A stretch of DNA of 64,000 nucleotides from an uncultured Bacillales bacterium (GTDB lineage Bacteria > Bacillota_I > Bacilli_A > RF39 > UBA660). The position numbers were made by a program, and so were the translations under genes. Location: contig CANOBK010000007.1 of NCBI GenBank assembly GCA_947564265.1, positions 38,529 to 102,528 on the forward strand. The letters run 5' to 3'. This document shows, one piece after another, positions 36,677-43,985 of the stretch (position 1 is the first letter of the stretch; every line of letters begins with the position of its first letter). A model generated the notes under the pieces. The model ran no database searches, had not been told where the DNA came from, and saw only the letters and a list, made by a program, of their open reading frames with translations.

Positions 36677-37393
36677 ATGTTAAACAAGAGAAATAAAGAA
36701 GTGAAAGAAAAGTATTACTTTGTGAAATTAAAAGGAGCAGGAGTATTAAGCATTCATGAAGAAAAAAATTTAAGTGAAGATGAGTATCATCCTGCTGAGG
36801 AAATTGAAACGGGATCTTATCAAAAACTAGTTGTAGAAAAAGGGGAAACTGGTAGTGCAGTTTATAATCTATTGGTTACTCCTGAAGAATATTCTGCTTT
36901 TCGATTTAAAACAATCAAATTTCAAAAAGCAAATAATGCTACTCTTGATGGATTTTCCTATGATAAAGAACATGGTATTGTTGTTTATGGAGTTATTGAT
37001 GGTATTTATGCGACAATGGAGAATGGAAAATGTTATGATGTAGTTTCAGGAGAAGTGATTCCATGGAGTATTATCTCTTATTATGTAGAAAGAGAAACTG
37101 TTGAACAACTGGAGGATATGCGTCATGATTTAGAAACGATTCATGGTCATGAGGATGTTTATATTCAATTAATGAGAGATCAATTTAAATTATTAGAAGC
37201 AGGAGAAGAAAATCTAAGAATCGCTACCAAAAAATACGAGGAAAAGTATGAACAGGCAATCAAACAATTAGAGGAAGAAAGGAATAAAAAACAACAACGG
37301 TATAAAGTTATCCTAAGACGGCAAAAGCCAATGATTTTATCAGAAAAATTAAAAATAAAACAGTTGATTGATACAATTAGAAGTAGTAAATAA
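36677..37393 (+). CDS. Unknown-family protein, tandem paralogue 1 of 3
   Basis: Shares 'YF.(V/I).L.G', 'EYH', 'LDGF.YDKE.G.V.YG...G.YA', 'YDV..G..IPW', 'RET' and a C-terminal Lys/Glu coiled-coil ending 'QLIDTIRSSK' with the next two ORFs. Confidence 0.75.
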   Translation: MLNKRNKEVKEKYYFVKLKGAGVLSIHEEKNLSEDEYHPAEEIETGSYQKLVVEKGETGSAVYNLLVTPEEYSAFRFKTIKFQKANNATLDGFSYDKEHGIVVYGVIDGIYATMENGKCYDVVSGEVIPWSIISYYVERETVEQLEDMRHDLETIHGHEDVYIQLMRDQFKLLEAGEENLRIATKKYEEKYEQAIKQLEEERNKKQQRYKVILRRQKPMILSEKLKIKQLIDTIRSSK

Positions 37394-37432
37394 TTTATAA
37401 AAATATTATGAAGAATAGTAGGTGAGCAATCA

Positions 37433-38146
37433 GTGGAACATAATGAGTTAGAAGAGGATTATTTTTTAATTCACTTAGAGGGATTGGGCAACAATCTTTT
37501 AGCAATCCAAGAGAAAAAACAATTAGAAGAGAAAGAATATCATTCGATCAGTCGGGAAGAAAGTGGTACTTATTCTATTTTGGTCGATATAGAAAAGAGA
37601 ACAGGCAGAAATATTTATTCTTTAGGAGTACATGAAGAGTGTTATCATACTTATCAATTTGAATCAGTCTCTTTTCAAAAAATAAATGACTTTGCCTTCG
37701 ATGGCTTTGAATATGACAAAGAAAGAAAAGTTGTCTTTTACGGATATATTTATGGTCTTTATGCGGTGAAAAGTGGTGATGATTATTATGACGTCATTAC
37801 AGGACAGAAAATTCCATGGGGAGTGATTCATACTGTATCAGAAAGAGAAACCAAAGATGATTTTGAAACTATGATAGAAGATTTAGAATTTATTCAAGGG
37901 CACAAAGATATTTATCTGAAGTTTATAGAAGAGGTACTCCGTCTGCTACAAGAAGGAGCAAATAATAGAGAAGCAGCAGTGACCCGTTATAGAAAAAATT
38001 ATCATGAAAAGAAACAACAAGAGGATTTTAAATTGAAACAGCAGCTAGAAAATGGAAAACGATTGCGCGAAGAAAGAAGAATAGAAAATGCTCCAAAAAG
38101 AGAAAAAGTAAAAGAATTAATTGATGGAATAAGAAACAGTGATTAG
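37433..38146 (+). CDS. Unknown-family protein, tandem paralogue 2 of 3
   Basis: AGGTGA RBS + GTG start; collinear homology to 36677 and 38190; ends 'ELIDGIRNSD'. Confidence 0.75.
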   Translation: MEHNELEEDYFLIHLEGLGNNLLAIQEKKQLEEKEYHSISREESGTYSILVDIEKRTGRNIYSLGVHEECYHTYQFESVSFQKINDFAFDGFEYDKERKVVFYGYIYGLYAVKSGDDYYDVITGQKIPWGVIHTVSERETKDDFETMIEDLEFIQGHKDIYLKFIEEVLRLLQEGANNREAAVTRYRKNYHEKKQQEDFKLKQQLENGKRLREERRIENAPKREKVKELIDGIRNSD

Positions 38147-38189
38147 AAAGACGAATAATTAAATTATATGAAGATAGTGAGAAAAGAAG

Positions 38190-38930
38190 ATGAATAAACA
38201 AGATTTAAAAGAAACATATTTTTTAATTCAATTAAAAGGCAATTTCGGTGAAATGTTAAGTCTTCTGGAAGAAAAAAAATTGTCAGAAAATGATTATCAT
38301 CCAATAGATGTCAATCAAGCAAGCATGTATCGCCTTTTAGTAGAGACACAAGCAGAGACTGGGAATAATATCCCTGCTTTAGGTGTATTTAAAGAACCTT
38401 ACAAGGACTATAAATTTGAATCTGTATTTTTTCAAATTGTAAATGACTTTACTTTAGATGGATTTTTATATGATAAGGAAAGAGGAGTCGTTTTCTATGG
38501 AAATGTTTCTGGACTGTATGCAGTAGAAAGAGATAATGCTTATTATGATGTAATTACAGATGAGAAGGTTCCGATAGAAGGAATTGATAGAGTTTCTAAA
38601 ATAGAAACTTTAGATCACTTTCTAAATATGGTAGAAGATTTGAAAATTATAGGAAAGTGTAAAGAAATTTATCATGAAGTTGTAGAAGAGGAACTTCGCT
38701 TATTAAAGGAAGGTGAAAATAATAGAGTAATTGCCCATCAGCGTTATAGAGATAACTACAATCAAGCAAAAAAGTTAGCTGCAGAAACAGAGAAAGCGAA
38801 AGAGGAAAAAAAACAGAGAGAGAAAACATGGGAAGAATATATGAAATCTGCAAAAGCAACTGAAAAGGTAATTGACTCTAAAAGAGAAGAGGCTAGTCAA
38901 TTAATTTATCAAATTCGAAATAATAATTAG
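38190..38930 (+). CDS. Unknown-family protein, tandem paralogue 3 of 3
   Basis: Collinear homology ('FESVFFQIVNDFTLDGFLYDKERGVVFYG..SGLYAV....YYDVIT'); ends 'QLIYQIRNNN'. Confidence 0.75.
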   Translation: MNKQDLKETYFLIQLKGNFGEMLSLLEEKKLSENDYHPIDVNQASMYRLLVETQAETGNNIPALGVFKEPYKDYKFESVFFQIVNDFTLDGFLYDKERGVVFYGNVSGLYAVERDNAYYDVITDEKVPIEGIDRVSKIETLDHFLNMVEDLKIIGKCKEIYHEVVEEELRLLKEGENNRVIAHQRYRDNYNQAKKLAAETEKAKEEKKQREKTWEEYMKSAKATEKVIDSKREEASQLIYQIRNNN

Positions 38931-38957
38931 AAAGTGATTTTATCATTTTCTTTTTTT
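38930..38957 (+). terminator. Rho-independent terminator
   Basis: GAAAGTGAT (38930-38938) / ATCATTTTC (38942-38950), one G-U pair, then TTTTTTT. Confidence 0.6.
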
Positions 38958-38971
38958 GAAGGAGGAATAAG

Positions 38972-39496
38972 ATGCAGGTAGTTCATCCACTATCACCAAT
39001 TTATGATGAAAATTCTAAAGTTTTGATTTTGGGAAGTATGCCATCTGTGAAGTCTAGAGAGGTTGGTTTTTATTATGGTCATCCCAAAAATCGTTTTTGG
39101 AAAGTTTTAGAAAAAGTTTATGAGGAAAAAATAGGAGAGAGTAAGGAAGAAAAGATTTTATTTTTAAAGAAACACCATATTGCCCTTTTTGATGTTTTAA
39201 AGAGTTGTGATATTGCCTCTTCTAAAGATCAATCTATTAAAAATCCAGTACCAAACGATTTTACTGAGATTTTAGAAAATACAAAAATAAAAGTGATTTT
39301 TACAACAGGAAGAAAGGCACAGGAACTGTATCACAAATACTGTTATCCGAAAACAAAAATAGAAGCCATCTATTTACCAAGTACTTCTCCTTGTAATTGT
39401 CCAAAAGGAATTGAGGACAAATTAGAGAACGCTTATAAAGAGATAAAGAAATATACGGAAAATTCTTTTTCCTCGTCTAAAAAAATGATAGAATAG
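38972..39496 (+). CDS. UDG-superfamily DNA glycosylase, family-6-like (DNA-deoxyinosine / hypoxanthine-DNA glycosylase)
   Basis: GAAGGAGG RBS; 'ILGSMPSVKSREVGFYYGHPKNRFW', 'LPSTSP'. Confidence 0.7.
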   Translation: MQVVHPLSPIYDENSKVLILGSMPSVKSREVGFYYGHPKNRFWKVLEKVYEEKIGESKEEKILFLKKHHIALFDVLKSCDIASSKDQSIKNPVPNDFTEILENTKIKVIFTTGRKAQELYHKYCYPKTKIEAIYLPSTSPCNCPKGIEDKLENAYKEIKKYTENSFSSSKKMIE

Positions 39497-39513
39497 TACT
39501 AAGGAGTGATTGT

Positions 39514-40143
39514 ATGAAAGTGTTATTAGCAACCACAAACGATGCAAAAATTAAATATTACGGAACAAGATTAAAAGAAAAGGGAATTAATCTTGTAACA
39601 TTAAAAGATTTAGAGATAGATGTTGATGTGGATGAAACGGGGAAGGATCCAATTGAAAATGCAGTGATTAAAGCAAAAACTTATTACGAAATTAGCCAAC
39701 TTCCTACGATTGCAATCGATGACGGATTATTTTTTGAAAATGTACCAGAAGAGGTTCAACCAGGAACCCATGTTCGTAGAGTGGGTGAAAAAAGACTGAA
39801 TGATCAAGAAATGATTGAACATTATATTAATCTTGTAAATCAATATGGTACAGATGGAAAATTAAATGGATATTTTTTAAAAGGAGTAGCAGTTGTAAAC
39901 GGAGAAAACAATTATACTTTTGACTACAAATCTAATCGTCACTTTACAAATAGGCAGAGTAATTTCTTAGATAAAGGATATCCTTTAGATTCAATTCAGA
40001 TTGTTGTTCCTATCAATAAATTTAAGTGTGAATTAACAAAAGAAGAGGAAGAGGCTACTTTAGGTATTGAAAAGAAAGAAATATTTGGATTTATTTTAAA
40101 AACAATTCAGGAAATAGAAAAGAGAGTTCTAAGAGAATGGTGA
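39514..40143 (+). CDS. Ham1/ITPase-like non-canonical purine NTP pyrophosphatase, divergent paralogue
   Basis: 'KVLLATTNDAKIKYY', 'ENAVIKAK', 'IAIDDGLFFENVPEEVQPGTHVRR'; lacks the C-terminal SHR motif. Confidence 0.65.
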   Translation: MKVLLATTNDAKIKYYGTRLKEKGINLVTLKDLEIDVDVDETGKDPIENAVIKAKTYYEISQLPTIAIDDGLFFENVPEEVQPGTHVRRVGEKRLNDQEMIEHYINLVNQYGTDGKLNGYFLKGVAVVNGENNYTFDYKSNRHFTNRQSNFLDKGYPLDSIQIVVPINKFKCELTKEEEEATLGIEKKEIFGFILKTIQEIEKRVLREW

Positions 40144-40152
40144 AATCATAGT

Positions 40153-40824
40153 ATGGAAATCAAAGATTTAAATAAAAAATATGATGTACTTCAAAAGAAA
40201 TATGGAGCTAAAGAACTTGATTCTATTTATAATGGAGGTTTAGAAGAAAACCCTGATATCTGTTTTGTATTTATGAATCCAACAGGAAGGAATATTGCCT
40301 CTACGAAAGAATGGAAAGGAAGAAAATCTCCCTGGATTGGTACAAAGAATATTTGGGATTTGTTTTATGCAATCGATTTAGTTGATGAAGATTTATATTT
40401 AGAAATCAAACAAAAAAAGGGAAGCGAATGGACGGAAGAATTTGCAGATATTGTCTATCAAAATGTGGAAGCACACCGTTACTTTATTACGAATTTAGGA
40501 AAATGTACACAGGTTGATGCTAGACCACTTCCAGATTCTGTTTATAAGGAATATTTAAATTTACTATATAAAGAGTTTGAAATTCTAAAACCAAAAGTTA
40601 TTATTCTTTTTGGAAATCAAGTGAGCTCTATTGTGTTAGATCAGAAAATTTCTGTTTCACAAAGTAGAAAAACCTGCTATGAGAAAAAAATTAAAAAAGA
40701 AACTTATAAATTTTACCCTGTCTATTATCCGATTGGAAATGGGAGATTTAATATTGATAAGTCAATTGAAGATATCAAATGGATTATGAAACAGGAATTA
40801 GGGAAGACGGAGGTAGTAAAATGA
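40153..40824 (+). CDS. UDG-superfamily protein, divergent (family 4/SMUG-like motif A 'FMNPTG')
   Basis: 'ICFVFMNPTGRN', 'ITNLGKCTQ', 'VIILFGNQVS'. Confidence 0.6.
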   Translation: MEIKDLNKKYDVLQKKYGAKELDSIYNGGLEENPDICFVFMNPTGRNIASTKEWKGRKSPWIGTKNIWDLFYAIDLVDEDLYLEIKQKKGSEWTEEFADIVYQNVEAHRYFITNLGKCTQVDARPLPDSVYKEYLNLLYKEFEILKPKVIILFGNQVSSIVLDQKISVSQSRKTCYEKKIKKETYKFYPVYYPIGNGRFNIDKSIEDIKWIMKQELGKTEVVK

Positions 40825-41300
40825 GTCATAAACCAGAACAAGTTAAAATGACGAATATGTGTATGATTATGGATCCTAAGACTGGAAAAGTGTTAGTTCA
40901 AAACCGGAATAAAAATGATTGGGATGGAGTTTCTTTTCCAGGAGGACATATTGAAAGAGGGGAACCAATTATTCTTTCTGTTTTCCGAGAAATATTTGAA
41001 GAAACAGGACTAAAGGTGAAAAATTTAGTTCCTTGTGGTTGTAAAGACTGGTATGATTATGAAAAAGAAGAACGATATTTAGTTTTATTTTATAAGACTT
41101 CTTCTTATGAGGGAAAACTTCTTCCAAGGTCGAAGGAAGGAGAAAACTTTTGGATGAGTATTGAAGAAATTAAACAGTCCGTTGTAGCAGAAGATTTTAT
41201 AGAGATGTTAGAAATTTTTACAGGGGATTCTCCTTATCAAGAATTTTTCTATGAGGATCATGGAGAAGAAGAACCTCGTTGGGTGAAAAAGTTTTATTAG
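40821..41300 (+). CDS. NUDIX hydrolase, MutT/8-oxo-dGTPase-like
   Basis: Perfect Nudix box 'GGHIERGEPIILSVFREIFEETGL'; ATG 40821 overlaps the upstream stop (ATGA). Confidence 0.85.
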   Translation: MSHKPEQVKMTNMCMIMDPKTGKVLVQNRNKNDWDGVSFPGGHIERGEPIILSVFREIFEETGLKVKNLVPCGCKDWYDYEKEERYLVLFYKTSSYEGKLLPRSKEGENFWMSIEEIKQSVVAEDFIEMLEIFTGDSPYQEFFYEDHGEEEPRWVKKFY

Positions 41301-41307
41301 GATATAA

Positions 41308-42033
41308 ATGATGGAAAGTAATAAGCAAGAGAAATTAGAACAGTTGTTTAGAGAAATGTCAAACTGTAAGAATTGTTGTCATTTAGTTAAGAAAAATGGG
41401 AAAGATTGTTCTTTAATCAACATTTATCAAGAACCTGAGTTTTATCAAAATATTCCTTCTATTTGGACGGACTGGTACCGAAGAGTAGATGCCGATATTA
41501 TGATAATTGGTCAAGATTGGGGACCTTATGAAGAAATGAAAAAATTTCATGATCAATATTTGCTTGATAAAACTCCTAATCATTGGAACTATCTAATAGA
41601 GGAAGAAAAAAGCATGACTAAAAAAATGTTAACGAAATATTTGATGGAGTCTTCTAAGGGTACGAATCATGAAATGAAGGAATCAGATATGAATCATATT
41701 TATGTTACGAATGCGATTATGTGTGCGAGAAAGGGCAATCATTATCGTGGGGATAATATTCAGCTAAAAGAATCAACGATCGGTTGTTCCCGCTTTTTAA
41801 AAAGGCAAATAGAGATTGTAAATCCTAAAATAATTGTAACATTAGGATACTATCCATTACTTTCTCTTTCTCATATTTTTCATTTTAAAATTGAAGATAA
41901 TTTGACAAAAACGATTGAAAAAATGCCTGAAATACAGGTTCAAAATTACCGGATTATTCCTCTTTATCATCCAACTGCGCAAGTAAATAAAGAAAGACAA
42001 ATCGCTCAGTATGAACGAATTTGGAAGAGTTAG
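41308..42033 (+). CDS. UDG-superfamily protein, family-4-like with N-terminal Cys cluster and variant motif A 'GQDWG'
   Basis: 'CKNCCHL...CSL', 'IMIIGQDWGP', 'VTNAIMCAR', 'PLYHPTAQ'. Confidence 0.6.
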   Translation: MMESNKQEKLEQLFREMSNCKNCCHLVKKNGKDCSLINIYQEPEFYQNIPSIWTDWYRRVDADIMIIGQDWGPYEEMKKFHDQYLLDKTPNHWNYLIEEEKSMTKKMLTKYLMESSKGTNHEMKESDMNHIYVTNAIMCARKGNHYRGDNIQLKESTIGCSRFLKRQIEIVNPKIIVTLGYYPLLSLSHIFHFKIEDNLTKTIEKMPEIQVQNYRIIPLYHPTAQVNKERQIAQYERIWKS

Positions 42034-42049
42034 GAAAGGAGTTGATAGA

Positions 42050-42715
42050 ATGGCTTGTGAAATCAAATATGTAGGAAAATATCGAAATGGAAAAGAAAAG
42101 TATTGGTGTCTTACTCATAAGGAAAAGGCTTCTGATAAAAATGGAACAAAACTTAAGGAATGTCTTTCTCCTAATAAATCTCTCTTTGATAAAAAAAGCA
42201 GATTTGAGTCATCAGAGGTACAATCAATTAAAATTATATTTCCTAATTTATTGAAAAGTAAATCTTTTCAGATATTAATGAATGGAAAAGAAGTCCCTGG
42301 TGTTTTTTCTATCGGAGATTCTCTTATAGAACCACAAAATTTTATCGGTTTGTTTCTAGCAAAGCTAAATGGAATCAAATTAGAAAAGGCAATTTGTTCT
42401 CATTGCGGACATCTTCATAATGATAATTCTCTTTTTGCGATTACTCCTCATAGAAAACATCTTTGTCATTATTGTGGCCATGAATTTTTCTGTAAGGAAG
42501 CAAATGTAGGAAGTGAATTTCTTGGTTATTTTGTGATTCCAGAAATTCAGTTAAAAAAGGCTACTCTCGAAATCAAAGAAACAGCATGTGTTACTTATGA
42601 CATTCTATCAGGAAAAGTTCTAGTAGATGATATGGAAGTAGATTCTGTTTTGATTGGAAAAGAAAAATTAGAAATTCAAAAATGGATTAGTCAAGCAATT
42701 TTAAGTAACCTATAA
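42050..42715 (+). CDS. Hypothetical Zn-ribbon protein
   Basis: AAGGAG RBS then ATG 42050; 'CSHCGHLHNDNSLFAITPHRKHLCHYCGHEFFC' (paired CxxC-type knuckles). Confidence 0.6.
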   Translation: MACEIKYVGKYRNGKEKYWCLTHKEKASDKNGTKLKECLSPNKSLFDKKSRFESSEVQSIKIIFPNLLKSKSFQILMNGKEVPGVFSIGDSLIEPQNFIGLFLAKLNGIKLEKAICSHCGHLHNDNSLFAITPHRKHLCHYCGHEFFCKEANVGSEFLGYFVIPEIQLKKATLEIKETACVTYDILSGKVLVDDMEVDSVLIGKEKLEIQKWISQAILSNL

Positions 42716-42737
42716 AGAATTAAAGGGGGTATATGTG

Positions 42738-43010
42738 ATGGATTTATTATTTGAATTTTTAATAGAACTGACTATGGAAGGCGCCATTGAAGTTAGCAAG
42801 AACAAAAAGATAAGTAATTGGATTAGGTATCCACTAATTATTTTGATTATACTGTTCTTTAGTGTAGTAATCTTAGGAATCTTTATTTTAGGTATTATCG
42901 TAAGAAAAGATAATTTATTCTTATCAATTTTACTCATCGCACTCAGTATCTTTATGTTAACTGCATCTATTCTAAAGTTTAAAAAAATATATATTGAAAA
43001 GAAACAGTAA
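42738..43010 (+). CDS. Small two-TM membrane protein
   Basis: AAAGGGGG RBS; 'YPLIILIILFFSVVILGIFILGIIV' and 'LFLSILLIALSIFMLTASIL'. Confidence 0.5.
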   Translation: MDLLFEFLIELTMEGAIEVSKNKKISNWIRYPLIILIILFFSVVILGIFILGIIVRKDNLFLSILLIALSIFMLTASILKFKKIYIEKKQ

Positions 43011-43046
43011 ATATAATAATATAAGTATATGAGAAAGGAAGATATT

Positions 43047-43418
43047 ATGAAAAATAATTATGAAACTTGGACAAGAGAATTTTTAGAATCTTGGAAGAAC
43101 TTAGATTGGGAGAAAACATTAGAAACACTTGATAAAGAAGTAGTTTATTATGAAAATCCAATCGATGAACCTTGTAAAAATTTTGAAGAGGTAACTGCTT
43201 TATGGAATGTTGTTGCTACTAATCAAAAAGATATTGATTATCAATTTGAAGTAATTGCGTTTGATGAGAAGTTTTGTATCATTAACTTTCAAATGACTAG
43301 AACAATGACAGCCACTAATAAAAAGCAACAGATTGATGGTGTATTTCAAATTTCTTTAAATAGCGAAAACAAATGTACTTATTTTAAACAATGGAGATTT
43401 ACAAAAGAGGAAGCTTAA
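43047..43418 (+). CDS. NTF2/SnoaL-like fold protein
   Basis: Small protein with 'WTREFLESWKNLDWEKTLETL...VVYYENP'. ATG 43047 follows the internal AAAGGAAG SD. Confidence 0.5.
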   Translation: MKNNYETWTREFLESWKNLDWEKTLETLDKEVVYYENPIDEPCKNFEEVTALWNVVATNQKDIDYQFEVIAFDEKFCIINFQMTRTMTATNKKQQIDGVFQISLNSENKCTYFKQWRFTKEEA

Positions 43419-43423
43419 ATTTT

Positions 43424-43888
43424 ATGAATTCCAAGAATTTAAAGGAACAAATCCTTTTGAATTTAAAAGAACAACTTTCGGGAGAACAATTTCAATTTTT
43501 AGAATCAAAAAACATGCATCTTGGAATTTTTACAGAACCCTATCTCACTTATATGCTAGATGGGAAAAAGACAATTGAGTCTAGATTTAGTAAAAATAAA
43601 ATTGCGCCCTATGAAAAAATAGAATTAGGGGACATTGTTCTAGTTAAGAAATCAGGGGGAAAGGTTTTAGCTTTTTTTACAATCAAAGAAATTTTATTTT
43701 TTGATTTAGAGGAAACTCCAATTTCTGAAATTAGAAAAAAATATGAAAAGGAATTATGTGTAGAGGAAGCATTCTGGAAGCAGAAAGAAAAGAGTAGATA
43801 TGGAACTCTAATTAGAATTGATCAAATTGAAAGATTGAAACCCTTTTCTATTTCAAAAAAGGGAATGCAAACTTGGATCAAATTGTAA
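43424..43888 (+). CDS. ASCH-domain protein
   Basis: 'EPYLTYMLDGKKTIESRFSKNKIAPYEKIELGDIVLVKKSGGKVLAFFTI'. Confidence 0.6.
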   Translation: MNSKNLKEQILLNLKEQLSGEQFQFLESKNMHLGIFTEPYLTYMLDGKKTIESRFSKNKIAPYEKIELGDIVLVKKSGGKVLAFFTIKEILFFDLEETPISEIRKKYEKELCVEEAFWKQKEKSRYGTLIRIDQIERLKPFSISKKGMQTWIKL

Positions 43889-43985
43889 GTGAAAAAAATT
43901 ATGAAAAATAAAAGGAACAAAAAGATAGTAAATGTTCCTTTTATTTAGTATAATGGTAGTAATAAAGAAAATTGGGAGTGAAAAA

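Noticed and set aside
36855-37043. Same-strand alternative-frame ORFs (36855-37043 and 46256-46444)
   Set aside because: They are embedded in longer ORFs supported by homology or motifs. The translations are hydrophobic junk and there is no RBS.
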